In this document: piece after piece, positions 9,357 to 20,030 of the stretch
Layout: each line of letters opens with the position of its first letter
Position numbering within the stretch: the first letter of the stretch is position 1
Notes under the pieces: model-generated
What the model was told of the DNA's origin: nothing
Databases searched by the model: none
The model's input: the letters and a program-made list of their open reading frames with translations, nothing else
Program-made: the position numbers and the translations under genes
Assembly: GCA_030603185.1 (NCBI GenBank)
Contig: JAUVYG010000002.1
Location: forward strand, 1 to 56,513
Direction of reading: 5' to 3'
Source of the DNA: Actinomycetota bacterium
GTDB taxonomy: Bacteria; Actinomycetota; JAUVYG01
DNA: 56,513 nt

Positions 9357-10511
9357 ATGGCAGGAGAAGGTAGCTACTACAAAAAAAACTTCTACAAAGA
9401 GTTGGGAGTCTCAAAGAATGCGACCAACGCTGAAGTCAAGAAGGCGTACCGGAAGTTAGCTCAGAATCATCACCCTGATACGAACAAGGGAAACAAGGAA
9501 GCCGAAGAGAAGTTCAAACGGATCTCTGAGGCTTATGATGTTGTCGGCGACCCTAAGAAGCGCAAAGAGTATGACTCTGCTCAAACAATGTTCGGTCCGG
9601 GCGGTCCCGGTGCTGCAAGGCCCGGAAGAGGGTACTCCACTCAGGATGTCGGCGACTTTGGTGATGTGTTCTCCGGTAGGTCCGGTGGACTTGGTGGCCT
9701 AGGCGACCTGTTCGATCTATTTGGTTCGTCTGGTGGGACCAAACAGTCGCAGAAGGCAACAGGCGACGACCTTACTACCAAGGTTAACGTGTCATTCAAT
9801 GACGCTTTGAACGGCGTTACTATGAGAATACCAATCACCAAGGACTCCACCTGTGACCGTTGCCGGGGCCAAGGTGCAGAGCCCGGTCACCCACCTAGAG
9901 TCTGCACCACCTGTAACGGCAAGGGGACTCAAGAGCGCAATCAGGGTTTGTTCGCATTGAGCGAGCCCTGCCCCGTGTGTCACGGACGAGGCGTGACCAC
10001 TGAGAAGCCTTGCACGAAGTGCAAAGGAATCGGCGTGGTGGGGAAGACAACGACCCTAAAAGTCGATATTCCTGCGGGAGTGAAAGACAAGGCAAAGCTA
10101 CGACTTAAGGGCAAGGGGCAGGCTGGACTGCATGGTGGCCCTGCGGGAGATCTGTATTTGACCGTCAACGTAGCAACTCATCCAGTTTTCGTTCGCGACG
10201 GAGACCACGCACGGATCACAGTTCCGATAACCTATTCCGAAGCAGTTCTTGGCACCAAAGTCGTGATTCCGACGGTCGAGGGAAAGAGCACGATCAAGAT
10301 ACCTGCCGGTACCCCCTCAGGCCACACGCTGAGAATCAAAGGAAGAGGTTTTCCAAGCGTTAAGGGCGCAAAGGGTGACTTCTTGATCACGATTGAGATC
10401 GATGTTCCAAAGAAGCCCTCGAAGGAGGAGAAGGAGCTACTGAACCAGCTCACTGAGCTTGAGAAGGGTGAGCTTCTTCGCGCTCATCTCACAGTTGAGA
10501 AGGTTGGCTAG
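9357..10511 (+). CDS. dnaJ: Co-chaperone DnaJ (Hsp40)
   Basis: J-domain with the HPD motif (...[13 protein letters not shown]...), a G/F-rich linker, and four CxxCxGxG zinc-finger repeats ([32 protein letters not shown]). Confidence 0.95.
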   Translation: MAGEGSYYKKNFYKELGVSKNATNAEVKKAYRKLAQNHHPDTNKGNKEAEEKFKRISEAYDVVGDPKKRKEYDSAQTMFGPGGPGAARPGRGYSTQDVGDFGDVFSGRSGGLGGLGDLFDLFGSSGGTKQSQKATGDDLTTKVNVSFNDALNGVTMRIPITKDSTCDRCRGQGAEPGHPPRVCTTCNGKGTQERNQGLFALSEPCPVCHGRGVTTEKPCTKCKGIGVVGKTTTLKVDIPAGVKDKAKLRLKGKGQAGLHGGPAGDLYLTVNVATHPVFVRDGDHARITVPITYSEAVLGTKVVIPTVEGKSTIKIPAGTPSGHTLRIKGRGFPSVKGAKGDFLITIEIDVPKKPSKEEKELLNQLTELEKGELLRAHLTVEKVG

Positions 10512-10930
10512 TGATGAGGCGTGAAGACATCGAAAGCCAGAGTGATCGGCCCATCTACGTCATCAGTATCGCCGCTGAACTGGCGAGTGTACATCCGCAG
10601 ACACTGCGAATGTATGAGCGGAAGAAACTGATCCAGCCCCAGAGGAGTTCAGGCAGGGTGCGACTGTACTCTGACCGCGACATAGCATGGATCCGTGAGA
10701 TTCAGCGCTTGACTCAAGAAATCGGGATTAATCTCGCGGGCGTTCAGAGGATAATGGAGCTTCAGGAGGATCTAGAGGAAGCTGAGAGGGCCCTTCAGGC
10801 CATGAAGGTCGAGGCTGCTGAGATAGAGGCACGGATGCGGCTAGAGATCCTCGAAACACTTCAGAAGTACTCACCACAGATAGTCCCCAGTCATAGGCAC
10901 GCTCCGGCAGTTCAAAGGAGAAGGCCATGA
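10511..10930 (+). CDS. hspR: MerR-family heat-shock repressor HspR
   Basis: 139 aa. The HTH region [45 protein letters not shown] is the HspR/MerR signature. It is the fourth gene of a dnaK-grpE-dnaJ-hspR arrangement. Confidence 0.85.
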   Translation: MMRREDIESQSDRPIYVISIAAELASVHPQTLRMYERKKLIQPQRSSGRVRLYSDRDIAWIREIQRLTQEIGINLAGVQRIMELQEDLEEAERALQAMKVEAAEIEARMRLEILETLQKYSPQIVPSHRHAPAVQRRRP

Positions 10931-13500
10931 GAATGGACAATATTACTATTCGAGCTCAGCAAGCGATGGCTGAAGCTCAGGGAATCGCGGCCGATAACAA
11001 TCAACAGAACATTGAGTCCGACCATCTTGCCTACGCCCTTCTTCTGGATGAGGACGGTGCCCCTCGTGAGATTCTTAAGCTGCTCGAGGTCGATCACTCA
11101 CGTGTCTCAACGACGATAATGGACCATATTCAGACCCTTCCAAGGGTTACCGGTTCCTCTGATCAGTATCCCTCGCAGAGCCTCAATCGCGTGATTCGTC
11201 AGGGTTTCGCGGAAATGAGTGCTCTCTCCGACTCCTATATGAGCACCGACCATCTATTGCTTGCCATGGTCGCTGAGTCCGGATTTGCTGGGAAGAAGCT
11301 CTTGGGGGCCGGGGTTACTCGGGAAAAGGTCCTTGAGGCGATGGCAAAGATCAGAGGTGACTCTAGGGTTGACGGTGAAAACCCAGAGGCGACCCAGAAG
11401 GCACTCGAAAAGTATGGGCGAGATCTTACCGACGCTGCGATGCAGGGTAAGCTTGATCCTGTTATTGGACGAGATGATGAGATACGACGGGTTATTCAAG
11501 TCCTGTCCAGAAGAACAAAGAACAATCCCGTACTTATCGGTGAACCGGGTGTGGGGAAGACGGCGATAGTCGAGGGGCTTGCTCAGAGGATCGTATCCGG
11601 CGACGTTCCCGAGAGCCTCAAGGAAAAGAGAGTCGTTGGTCTCGATCTGGGTGCGTTGGTCGCAGGGGCTAAGTATAGAGGTGAGTTCGAGGACCGGCTA
11701 AAGGCCGTGCTGAAAGAGATAACCTCAGCTGCGGGCAGAATAGTACTGTTCATCGATGAGCTCCACACATTGGTCGGAGCCGGCGCGGCAGAGGGTGCTA
11801 TTGATGCCGCTAATATGCTCAAGCCTATGTTAGCTCGCGGCGAGCTGCGGTGCGTGGGAGCCACTACGCTGGACGAGTATCGAGAGCACATAGAGAAGGA
11901 TTCGGCCCTTGAAAGACGATTCCAGCAGGTCTACGCCTCAGAACCGAGTGTTGAGCAGACTGTATCTATCCTCAGGGGGCTAAAGGAAAAGTATGAAGTT
12001 CATCATGGGGTCAAAGTGACTGACTCCGCCCTGGTTGCCGCAGCTGCTATGTCGGATCGATATATCTCAGACCGATTTCTGCCGGATAAGGCCGTCGACC
12101 TGATAGATGAAGCCGCATCTGGCCTGCGCATGGAGATTGAAAGTAGACCTATTGAGGTGGACGAGGTCGAGAGGAAGATCCAACAACTCGAGATTGAGCG
12201 GGCAGCCTTAGCGAAAGAGGATGCTGAGCAGGTCGCCGATCGGCTTAATGCCCTGGACCATGAGTTGTCAGAGCTGAAAAAGGTATCCTCCGTTTTGAAT
12301 GAGCGGTGGAGAAGCGAGAAGTCCGATATTGAGTTACTTGGAAGCCTCAAAGAGCAGCTGGAAAAATCAAAAATGGAAGAAGATCAGTCCATTCGGGACG
12401 GCAACCTGGAGCGGGCCGCTGAGCTTAAGTACGGGACCATAATTGAATTGAAAAAAAAGATTGAAGAGTCCGAGAGAACATTGAGCGAGACTGACGGAGA
12501 AGCCAGGATGCTCAAACAGGAAGTCGACGAGGGGGATATAGCCGGGATCATCGCAAAGTGGACGGGAATCCCGCTGAGCAGATTGATGGAAGGCGAGATG
12601 GAAAAGCTGCTTCACATCGAGGACAGACTCGCAGATCGGGTGGTCGGGCAGGACGAGGCCGTATCCGCCGTATCCAATGCCATTAGGCGGTCGAGAACCG
12701 GGCTCAACGATCCAGGTCAACCGATTGGATCGTTTCTTTTTCTGGGGCCTACCGGAGTAGGAAAGACCGAGTTGGCAAGGGCTCTAGCCGGATTTCTATT
12801 CGATGATGAGAAGGCGCTGATCAGACTGGACATGAGTGAGTATGCAGAGAAGCACTCGGTCTCTAGGCTGATAGGCTCGCCGCCCGGCTACGTCGGCTAT
12901 GAAGAGGGTGGTCAGCTGACTGAATCGGTCAGAAGACGCCCATACTCTGTGATCCTGTTGGACGAAATGGAAAAGGCCCACCACGAGGTGTATGACCTGC
13001 TCTTGCAGATTTTGGATGACGGTCGACTCACTGACGGGCATGGACGCACGGTGGACTTTCGCAACTCCATAATAATTATGACCTCAAACGTTGGAAGTAC
13101 CTGGATCCTCGAGGCTATTGATCGATTCGAGGCTGAAGAAAAGGTTTCTGAGGCTGTGCGCAACATCTTCAACCCTGAGTTTCTGAATCGAATTGACGAG
13201 ATGATCATATTCCAGAATCTGGGCATGCCCGAGATTGAGAGAATCGTTGATATTCAAGCTAAGGTGCTTGTGGGCCGAGCCAAGGAAAAGGGCATCGAAC
13301 TCGTGCTCACAGATGAGGCGAGGGGTTTCATCGCTAGAGAGGGGTATGACTCTCTCTATGGGGCACGTCCTCTAAAGCGTGCTTTGCAGAAGTGGCTCGG
13401 GGATAGCCTGGCCAAAGAGATATTGAGCGGAAATGTGAGATCTGGAGACACCGTTCGCGCTACAGCCGATGACGAAGGCGTGATTCTGACTACAGGCTAA
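10927..13500 (+). CDS. clpB: ATP-dependent chaperone/disaggregase ClpB
   Basis: 857 aa with two AAA+ modules ([15 protein letters not shown]; [15 protein letters not shown]), a long coiled-coil middle domain, and a Clp N-domain. Its ATG overlaps the hspR stop (ATGA). Confidence 0.95.
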   Translation: MRMDNITIRAQQAMAEAQGIAADNNQQNIESDHLAYALLLDEDGAPREILKLLEVDHSRVSTTIMDHIQTLPRVTGSSDQYPSQSLNRVIRQGFAEMSALSDSYMSTDHLLLAMVAESGFAGKKLLGAGVTREKVLEAMAKIRGDSRVDGENPEATQKALEKYGRDLTDAAMQGKLDPVIGRDDEIRRVIQVLSRRTKNNPVLIGEPGVGKTAIVEGLAQRIVSGDVPESLKEKRVVGLDLGALVAGAKYRGEFEDRLKAVLKEITSAAGRIVLFIDELHTLVGAGAAEGAIDAANMLKPMLARGELRCVGATTLDEYREHIEKDSALERRFQQVYASEPSVEQTVSILRGLKEKYEVHHGVKVTDSALVAAAAMSDRYISDRFLPDKAVDLIDEAASGLRMEIESRPIEVDEVERKIQQLEIERAALAKEDAEQVADRLNALDHELSELKKVSSVLNERWRSEKSDIELLGSLKEQLEKSKMEEDQSIRDGNLERAAELKYGTIIELKKKIEESERTLSETDGEARMLKQEVDEGDIAGIIAKWTGIPLSRLMEGEMEKLLHIEDRLADRVVGQDEAVSAVSNAIRRSRTGLNDPGQPIGSFLFLGPTGVGKTELARALAGFLFDDEKALIRLDMSEYAEKHSVSRLIGSPPGYVGYEEGGQLTESVRRRPYSVILLDEMEKAHHEVYDLLLQILDDGRLTDGHGRTVDFRNSIIIMTSNVGSTWILEAIDRFEAEEKVSEAVRNIFNPEFLNRIDEMIIFQNLGMPEIERIVDIQAKVLVGRAKEKGIELVLTDEARGFIAREGYDSLYGARPLKRALQKWLGDSLAKEILSGNVRSGDTVRATADDEGVILTTG

Positions 13501-14078
13501 TCGCGTTTGCTACGTGTCTGAGTTCTCAGAACCTTTCGTATCCGTTTCGGGGGCCCATCATCGTCCGACCCCTCATTTTGATCTAATGTGCTATTTACCA
13601 GTGGCGGCAGTAACGACTCGACATCTGGCTGTGCTACATCCTCTGTAGTTGATGTGATATCCACCTGCTCGGTTTCAACGTCGGGTGGCTCAGCTCCCAG
13701 GATCGACAGCAATTCAGCAACGTTCATAGACATCCGGTTCAAGAAGAATCCGGCTAGGTCCGCCGTCGATTCCTTGATGGTTAGGAATTGATCATTCAAA
13801 TCTGGGTCGAATAGAGAGAGTTCCTTTAGAATTTCGCCGTCGCTAATACAAAAATAGAACTGTATTTCAAAAGGATACTCACCCTCAGGATCAGAACCTG
13901 GGTAATACCAGGCATTCACTGTTACGTAGCCGCGGGGTAACCGCAAGCAGTAGGTGTAGAGTCGCTCAGAGTGAATCTGGCCGGTACTGCCGGACATCAG
14001 TGCGTTGAGCCGCTCGTCATCAATGAATTTGGTAAGCTCCCAGCCGTTCAGGTCCTCTGGGGTTGAAACAAGTTCCAT
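13497..14078 (-). CDS. Hypothetical protein (no family recognised), acidic C-terminal half with a basic tail
   Basis: Start placed at ATG (MELVSTPEDL...), preceded by AGGA. The track's longer TTG start at 14147 would run into the RBS of the divergent peptidase gene. Its stop overlaps the clpB stop. No motif recognised. Confidence 0.5.
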   Translation of the reverse strand: MELVSTPEDLNGWELTKFIDDERLNALMSGSTGQIHSERLYTYCLRLPRGYVTVNAWYYPGSDPEGEYPFEIQFYFCISDGEILKELSLFDPDLNDQFLTIKESTADLAGFFLNRMSMNVAELLSILGAEPPDVETEQVDITSTTEDVAQPDVESLLPPLVNSTLDQNEGSDDDGPPKRIRKVLRTQTRSKRD

Positions 14079-14155
14079 GGGTTTAGTTTTCCTAGCATTA
14101 TGGTCAAGTAGTATGGATAGAGTATGCGACCCGGACCTATGCAACAAGGAGCACT

Positions 14156-15250
14156 ATGCCACCCAAAAAGAGAAAACCTATATCAGCTGGTTCCTTTAAA
14201 TTCTTTAAAAAGCTTGTAGAGTCCCCAAGCCCATCTGGCTTTGAGCAACCTGCTCAGAGAGTTTGGCGCGAGTATGTTCAAGGAAACGCTGACGAGATCG
14301 CCTCTGACGTGATGGGTAATTCATGGGGAGTGATCAAGGGTTCTAGTAAAACGGGACCTAAAGTGATGCTCGCCGGGCACTGTGATGAGATCGGTTTCAT
14401 CATCAAGCACATCGACAAGGAGGGGTATCTCTATATAGGTACCGTCGGTGGGCACGATCCTGCACTTTTCGCGGGTCAGCGCCTCGATATCTATGGGAAG
14501 AACGGGGTAGTACGGGGCGTATTCGGTCGCCAGCCCGTTCACATGATTCCGCAGAATGAGCGAGGCAAGGTGGGCAAAGTTCACGAGCACTTTATTGATA
14601 TTGGGGCCAACGATAAAGATGACGCTCTCTCCATGGTCTCTGTGGGGGACGTTATGACATATGCGGTAGGGGTTGAGGAGATGTCCAATGACATCGTCTG
14701 TAGCCGCGGCTTTGATGACAAAGTGGGCTCCTACATAGTTGCCGAAGTGATCAGGCTGTTGTCAGAAGGGAAAAAACCAGCAGCCACTCTATACGGTGTC
14801 TCGACTGTTCAAGAGGAAGTCGGGCTCAGGGGTGCAAAGACCAGTGCGTTTGCCATAGAGCCGGACGTTGGCATCGCGATCGAGGTCGGCTTCGCTTCTG
14901 ACCATCCAGGAATGGATAACCGTCGTACCGGTGAGACCAAGCTTGCAGGGGGTCCAGTTATCGCAATGGGCCCCAATGTGAATCCAACCGTCTTCGAAAA
15001 GATGGTTGCTGCCGCAGAAAAGATCGGGATCGAGCATCAGGTCGACGCAGTAGCTGGCGCTACAGGGACCGATGCCAATGTGATGCAGATCAATAGGGCT
15101 GGTTGTGCGGCCGGGCTGGTCAGCGTCCCCCTTCGCTACATGCATACCCCGGTAGAGTCCATATCCCTTAAGGACTTGGACACTACGGCCAGAATGGTGG
15201 CCGAGTTCGTACGGTCGTTAACGGCCAAAACGGAGTTCATCCCCTCGTAA
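14156..15250 (+). CDS. M42-family aminopeptidase (FrvX/PepA-like; 'endoglucanase M' family)
   Basis: ...VMLAGHCDEIGFIIKHI..., ...SRGFDDKVG... and ...VQEEVGLRGA... are the M42 metal-ligand motifs. AAGGAG lies upstream of the ATG. Confidence 0.85.
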   Translation: MPPKKRKPISAGSFKFFKKLVESPSPSGFEQPAQRVWREYVQGNADEIASDVMGNSWGVIKGSSKTGPKVMLAGHCDEIGFIIKHIDKEGYLYIGTVGGHDPALFAGQRLDIYGKNGVVRGVFGRQPVHMIPQNERGKVGKVHEHFIDIGANDKDDALSMVSVGDVMTYAVGVEEMSNDIVCSRGFDDKVGSYIVAEVIRLLSEGKKPAATLYGVSTVQEEVGLRGAKTSAFAIEPDVGIAIEVGFASDHPGMDNRRTGETKLAGGPVIAMGPNVNPTVFEKMVAAAEKIGIEHQVDAVAGATGTDANVMQINRAGCAAGLVSVPLRYMHTPVESISLKDLDTTARMVAEFVRSLTAKTEFIPS

Positions 15251-15298
15251 GAGGGTAAGTATCTACTAGGGAATGGTAGTAGAAATGGCAGGTGCAAA

Positions 15299-15763
15299 AT
15301 GCTTAAGAAGGCAGTGTTCGGTGGGGGATGCTTCTGGGGTGTCGAAGAGGGATTCGCAAAGCACTCTGGGGTGACGGCGACCCGAGTGGGCTACGCAGGT
15401 GGCTCGATGGAATCACCGACCTATCGTGAAGTGTGTTCAGGGAGCACCGGCCATGCTGAGGTGGTCGAGGTTGAGTATGACGACGAGAAGACCGACTATC
15501 GCCAACTTCTAGATACCTTCTTCAGTATTCATGATCCGACTACTCGCGACAGGCAAGGGCCTGATATTGGCAGTCAGTATAGGTCCATAATCCTCTATCG
15601 GGACGAGCAGCAACAGTTAGAAGCTGAGCGATACGTGCAAGGCCTGAGTTCAGCGGCAAATACTGGGAAGCATGTTGTCACATTGGTGGAACCGTTGTCT
15701 CGGTTCAACGAGGCCGAGGAATATCATCAGAAGTACAACCAGAAGCATCGTGGAGCGGTCTAA
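15299..15763 (+). CDS. msrA: Peptide-methionine (S)-S-oxide reductase MsrA
   Basis: Contains the active-site motif FGGGCFWGVEE, plus ...GHAEVVEVEYD... and ...EEYHQKY.... Confidence 0.93.
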   Translation: MLKKAVFGGGCFWGVEEGFAKHSGVTATRVGYAGGSMESPTYREVCSGSTGHAEVVEVEYDDEKTDYRQLLDTFFSIHDPTTRDRQGPDIGSQYRSIILYRDEQQQLEAERYVQGLSSAANTGKHVVTLVEPLSRFNEAEEYHQKYNQKHRGAV

Positions 15764-16017
15764 GAAGGGTCGTTGGCGAAGATGCGAAGTAGGGCAATAT
15801 CGTCCATTCGCGTTCCACTAAGGTTCATGCCGACGGCACAGGCTTCTACGCTGTCTTCTATTCTGATGGTCTCTGATGATTCGACCTCAGACATATCTGC
15901 TTCCCACTTTGAAGGCGCCTACGGGGACTCTCATGTTCTGCTTGAGAGTCCTCTTCGTGATGGGATAAAGATCACTGAAACGTTCGTCATAGATAATGAG
16001 TATATATAGTCGAAGGA

Positions 16018-16458
16018 ATGGCTCCTCGGAATGATCGGTTACCGTTGAATAATCTGGAAGATCTACTTAAACAATCAAAGAACATAAGTGCTGACGACGA
16101 GCTCGCTGACAAAGTTATCGAGGATATCAAGAAGCGACATTATCGGGCTAGTGTGGTGCACGTATCCATCTATGTCGGGCTGGGATTGTCAGCAGTAGCT
16201 ATGATTGTGTTCATTTCGACCATGATCACCCAGATCAGCGGGTCCTCGGTCATTGATCTTGTCGCGCTCGGGGTGGCAGGAGGATCTGAGCTCGGAGTTT
16301 CCGGCCTAATAGACGTCACGCTCGCAGTCGCCGAGGCACTTCCCATAGAAGCAATTGCTCTAAGTTTGCTCTCGATATTTGTATTCCTTGTTCTTCTGAG
16401 GGCGACGCTAGGAATACTTCGGCACGAGAATCACGAGTTTCGGATCCGGGCGACCTAG
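16018..16458 (+). CDS. Hypothetical membrane protein (possible anti-sigma-like partner of the downstream ECF sigma)
   Basis: 146 aa. A roughly 45-aa charged cytoplasmic N-terminus is followed by 3 predicted TM segments. It is the first gene of a tightly spaced three-gene unit ending in an ECF sigma. No zinc (HxxxCxxC) motif. Confidence 0.5.
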   Translation: MAPRNDRLPLNNLEDLLKQSKNISADDELADKVIEDIKKRHYRASVVHVSIYVGLGLSAVAMIVFISTMITQISGSSVIDLVALGVAGGSELGVSGLIDVTLAVAEALPIEAIALSLLSIFVFLVLLRATLGILRHENHEFRIRAT

Positions 16459-16487
16459 CCCATTTTGAATGAAAGTAGGCTCCTCGC

Positions 16488-17063
16488 ATGAATGAAGACG
16501 CGAACACAACAGAGCCGACCGACCAGTCCGTTGAAAAGGCCGATGCTCCTATAAAACAAGGGGATATGCTTTTTAAGGGTCTGCTCCTTGGTTCTGGATC
16601 GATACTGCTCCTTTTGATGGTATTTTGGCTTGGCATGATGGTCGGTGAGCACAAGGCACAGTTCACCCTTAAGTGGGGCGAGAAATACGAAGATCACTTC
16701 GGAGGGATGAATTTCAGTGCGGAGCCCGGGAGAGGGTTCCTGCCAAGACCTAGTGAGAAGCCAGGCATTGGTGGCCATGGTGTCGCCGGTGAGATTCTTG
16801 AAGTAGACGAAGACAGCATGATTATTCTCGGGGCAAACAACCTTGAGCTGGTAGTTCTGATCGACAGTGACACTAGAGTCATCATTGGACGATCGTTTGT
16901 AGAGCTAGATAAAGTCGAGGTTGGTACTCATGCTGTCGTGATTGGCAGTCCGACCAAGGATGCTGAGATCGATGCAAGGATGATCAAGATATTCGACAAG
17001 GCACCCAGAGGGTTAATGCACAATAATGGGCCTAGCGAGCATGGGTCCACAGGAAGATTATGA
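16488..17063 (+). CDS. Hypothetical single-pass membrane protein with a beta-rich extracytoplasmic domain (DUF5666-like by eye)
   Basis: 191 aa with one TM helix (LLLGSGSILLLLMVFWLGMMV). The C-terminal ...GEILEVDEDSMIILGANNLELVVLIDSDTRVII...VEVGTHAVVIGSPTKDAEIDARMIKIF resembles DUF5666-type OB-like repeats. Its stop overlaps the sigma gene start (ATGA). Confidence 0.5.
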   Translation: MNEDANTTEPTDQSVEKADAPIKQGDMLFKGLLLGSGSILLLLMVFWLGMMVGEHKAQFTLKWGEKYEDHFGGMNFSAEPGRGFLPRPSEKPGIGGHGVAGEILEVDEDSMIILGANNLELVVLIDSDTRVIIGRSFVELDKVEVGTHAVVIGSPTKDAEIDARMIKIFDKAPRGLMHNNGPSEHGSTGRL

Positions 17064-17659
17064 GTACGGGGAGTGAGTCGATAGGGATTTCAGTGCGCAG
17101 GCCAAGAGACACCTCCGCTATGACCTCAGCTGCCCTGGAGTCCTGCAGTGATGAGCGCTTGGCCAAAGAGGCTGCTGGTGGATCACGAACCCATTTCGAT
17201 CAGGTTGTACGCAGGTACTCGGACCTGCTCTATCGCGTCTGCTACCACATGACCAATTCCAATTACGAAGCCGAAGAGGCTACCCAAGAAGCCTTCTTGA
17301 AGGCGTTCAGGTTTATCGATGGCTTTGATTGTTCAAAGCCTCTTCGTCCTTGGTTGGTTCGCATAGCGGTGAACACAGTAAGATCTCGTTTTAGGGCCCG
17401 CTCCAGAAGGGTTGAGGAGGTCGTGATCAGCCATGACCTTCCAGGCGGAGGGAATGGGCCGGAAAGTGCGACTGCAGCGAAGATCGACCTTGAGCGCGCA
17501 CTCAAAACTCTGGGGCGCACGCAGAGAGAGGTGGTCGTTCTGCGGGGAATCGAAGAATTCACTTTTCCTGAGATTGGAGAGGTGCTGGGAATGCCTGAGG
17601 CGACAGCGCGCACGATCTTCCACCGCGCAAAGAAAGCCTTGGAGTCTGAGCTGTCTTAA
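17060..17659 (+). CDS. ECF-type RNA polymerase sigma factor (sigma-70 family, regions 2 and 4)
   Basis: Region 2 reads ...FDQVVRRYSDLLYRVCYHMTNSNYEAEEATQEAFLKAF...RPWLVRIAVNTV.... Region 4 reads ...REVVVLRGIEEFTFPEIGEVLGMPEATARTIFHRAKKAL.... Confidence 0.85.
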   Translation: MSTGSESIGISVRRPRDTSAMTSAALESCSDERLAKEAAGGSRTHFDQVVRRYSDLLYRVCYHMTNSNYEAEEATQEAFLKAFRFIDGFDCSKPLRPWLVRIAVNTVRSRFRARSRRVEEVVISHDLPGGGNGPESATAAKIDLERALKTLGRTQREVVVLRGIEEFTFPEIGEVLGMPEATARTIFHRAKKALESELS

Positions 17660-18042
17660 TCAGCCTCTCGTACCGTTAGATTGATCGTTCCGAACGGTGC
17701 GGAGGTTTCGCTGGACGCCACCTCAATACCGTCTCGATATATCTTCACTGATATCAAGCCGTCGCTTTCAACCTTGCGTACGGTAAGAATCACGGAACCA
17801 ATAGGTCCCTCTAGTTCAAGATTCCCGGGAACCGGGACGTCGGTGAATTCTTCTCTGGATATCTGGTCCCCGAGGTTGCCTGAGAAATGAACCCCGTCGC
17901 TGCCGCTCACCTCTACCGTGATCATGGATTGGGTGGAGGTTTCGCTGGATGATCCAGAGCTGCAACCTGTGACTATCCACATAAATGCAAGTATTAGTGC
18001 GTATAGGGGGGCCTTAGCTGCTGCTGCGCGTTGACTGCTCAT
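17656..18042 (-). CDS. Small predicted lipoprotein, function unknown
   Basis: 128 aa. Signal peptide ending in a lipobox (MWIVTG-C-SSGSS), followed by a beta-rich domain. Its stop overlaps the sigma-factor stop (TTAA). Confidence 0.6.
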   Translation of the reverse strand: MSSQRAAAAKAPLYALILAFMWIVTGCSSGSSSETSTQSMITVEVSGSDGVHFSGNLGDQISREEFTDVPVPGNLELEGPIGSVILTVRKVESDGLISVKIYRDGIEVASSETSAPFGTINLTVREAD

Positions 18043-18126
18043 ACTCCCAATGATAGATTAACCAGGAGTTTTTTGTGAAATTGCTACTCATGGATTTCCA
18101 TCGAGGAGCGTAGACTAGGGAGCGAA

Positions 18127-19392
18127 TTGGCAACGCCTACCATCCCATCAGGGTTACGGGACATTCTGCCTAGAGAGACGTCCGAGATCAGATACATCGA
18201 AGAGCGCATTGCGCAGGTGTTTCAGTCTTTCGGATATGGTGAAGTCATTGTTCCAACTTTCGAGTATTACAGCACCTTATCTGTCGAAACCGGTGAACTT
18301 CTGTCAAAAGAGATGTTCAAATTTTTCGACCAAGACGGAAGCATGGTCGCCTTACGGCCTGAAATGACTACCTCTGTGGCTCGTCTAGCTGTTCAGAGAA
18401 TGACGGACCAACCACTCCCGCTCAGACTGTTCTATCGCGGTAATGCCTTCAGGCACGAACCTCCCCAGGGTGGCCAAGCCAGAGAATTCAGGCAGGCCGG
18501 GATCGAGTTGATAGGCGATTCGGGGCCGGATGCGGATGCTGAAATGGTCGTTGTTATGATTGAAAGTCTTAGAGCTGTTGGACTGTCTTCATTCCAGGTC
18601 AGTGTTGGTCAATCTGAGTTCCTCCGTGGCATCATCGAAAACATCGAGGACGAGCGCACCAGGCTGTCAGTAAGAGCAGCATTACTGAATCGTGATCTAG
18701 TCGGATTAAATTCCATTCTGTCGAAGGAAGGGTTCGCTGAGGCCGCTGCGCTTGAGCAGCTCAGTTCTTTGCGTGGTGGGGATTGCATCGCGCAAGCATC
18801 ACAACTTGTTCAGAACACAATGTCACTGGCGGCGGTTGAGAATCTAAGCGCGATAGTCGACCGGGTGGCCACTATGGGTTACAGCGATGTTGTGACCCCC
18901 GACCTTGGAATAATCAGAAATCTTGACTACTACACCGGTGCAGTGTTTGAAGGGTACAGCGAGGGCATCGGCTTTCCGATCTCTGGAGGGGGTCGGTACG
19001 ACCGACTCACCTCTGAATTCGGTTGGTCCCAACCTGCCACCGGATTCCAGCATGGTGTGGAACGTCTGCACTATGCTCTTGCGCTCGAGAATCCGGAGAT
19101 GCGAACGGATCTTCCACCCCTTGTGCGTGTCATTGATGAGACCAACGATAAGTCAGTCGTTGATTTCTGCTCTCAGCTTAGGCGGAATGGTTATCGAGTG
19201 GCGCTGGATGCAGTTGCAGAGGGATCTGATACTAGCCTCTCTACCTGCGCCCATATCAGTGTCCGGGTCACCCACACTTCAGTTTCAATAGTCGAATCGA
19301 ACGGTAATGAGGACTTTGTAGCAGACCTATCGGTTGCATTGGCAGAGTTAGGTCAGAGACTCCCTGTACTGGTGGGAAGTGGTAAAGAGTGA
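18127..19392 (+). CDS. hisZ: ATP phosphoribosyltransferase regulatory subunit HisZ (HisRS paralogue)
   Basis: TTG start. Class-II aaRS-like motifs are present (PSGLRDILP, ALRPEMTTSVAR, FRHEPPQGGQAREFRQAGIELIG, GGGRYDRL). It overlaps a short-form hisG (GTGA). Confidence 0.82.
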   Translation: MATPTIPSGLRDILPRETSEIRYIEERIAQVFQSFGYGEVIVPTFEYYSTLSVETGELLSKEMFKFFDQDGSMVALRPEMTTSVARLAVQRMTDQPLPLRLFYRGNAFRHEPPQGGQAREFRQAGIELIGDSGPDADAEMVVVMIESLRAVGLSSFQVSVGQSEFLRGIIENIEDERTRLSVRAALLNRDLVGLNSILSKEGFAEAAALEQLSSLRGGDCIAQASQLVQNTMSLAAVENLSAIVDRVATMGYSDVVTPDLGIIRNLDYYTGAVFEGYSEGIGFPISGGGRYDRLTSEFGWSQPATGFQHGVERLHYALALENPEMRTDLPPLVRVIDETNDKSVVDFCSQLRRNGYRVALDAVAEGSDTSLSTCAHISVRVTHTSVSIVESNGNEDFVADLSVALAELGQRLPVLVGSGKE

Positions 19393-20030
19393 AATTACGA
19401 ATCGCACTCTCTAAGGGTGAGCTGTATAAGAACACACTTTCTCTCCTAGAGACCGTTGGTCTATCGGTTGATGCTTTGCGTGATGACACTCGGAAGCTGT
19501 CGTTCAAAGTAGAAGAGGACGACATCGAATACTTCATTTGCCGTCCGACTGACGTTCCGGTCTACATTCAATATGGTGTTGCTGACATCGGAGTCGTCGG
19601 CAAGGATGTCCTCATGGAACAGGGAAAAGATGTATATGAACTTGTTGATCTGGGTTTTGGCGGATGCAGATTCGTGGTCGCTGAGCCCGAAGACCCTTCA
19701 TCGTCAAGTGATGTGATGGACAGGCGGCATGGGCACCTACTTGTAGCCACGAAGTACCCCAAGGTAACAGAGGATTATTTCTCTACTAAAGGCGTCCAAG
19801 TCGAGGTAATCAAGCTGCACGGTAACGTTGAACTGGCTCCGCTAGTCGGGTTGTCACATCAGATAGTCGACCTTGCTTCATCCGGTCGTACCTTGCGCGA
19901 CAATGGACTGCGCATCGTGGACACCATTGAGGAGTGCACTGCTCGACTGATAGCTAATCCTGTCAGCATGAAAACAAAGCATGAACATATATCCACCCTG
20001 GTGAGTAAGATGCAGGAGGCGCTTGGGTGA
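19389..20030 (+). CDS. hisG: ATP phosphoribosyltransferase, short form
   Basis: 213 aa, lacking the C-terminal regulatory domain. Contains ...LRIALSKGELY..., ...RPTDVPVYIQYGVADIGVVGKDVL... and ...DLASSGRTLRDNGL.... Confidence 0.9.
   Translation: MKLRIALSKGELYKNTLSLLETVGLSVDALRDDTRKLSFKVEEDDIEYFICRPTDVPVYIQYGVADIGVVGKDVLMEQGKDVYELVDLGFGGCRFVVAEPEDPSSSSDVMDRRHGHLLVATKYPKVTEDYFSTKGVQVEVIKLHGNVELAPLVGLSHQIVDLASSGRTLRDNGLRIVDTIEECTARLIANPVSMKTKHEHISTLVSKMQEALG

Noticed and set aside
15764-16017. 78-aa plus-strand ORF (15773-16009), plus minus-strand fragments including a 45-codon ATG ORF (MSEVESSETIRIEDSVEACAVGMNLSGTRMDDIALLRIFANDPS)
   Set aside because: The plus ORF is Ser/Thr-rich and low in complexity, with a TTG start and no RBS. 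The minus fragments are short, frame-broken and match nothing I recognise. ORFs of this length arise by chance at this GC content. I left the 254-nt gap unannotated rather than inventing a gene.
18043-18126. Possible his leader peptide, attenuator or T-box upstream of hisZ
   Set aside because: The 84-nt spacer is too short for a T-box. The only mini-ORF (GTG, MKLLLMDFHRGA, 12 codons) has a single His codon, so it lacks the His-codon run that defines his attenuators.
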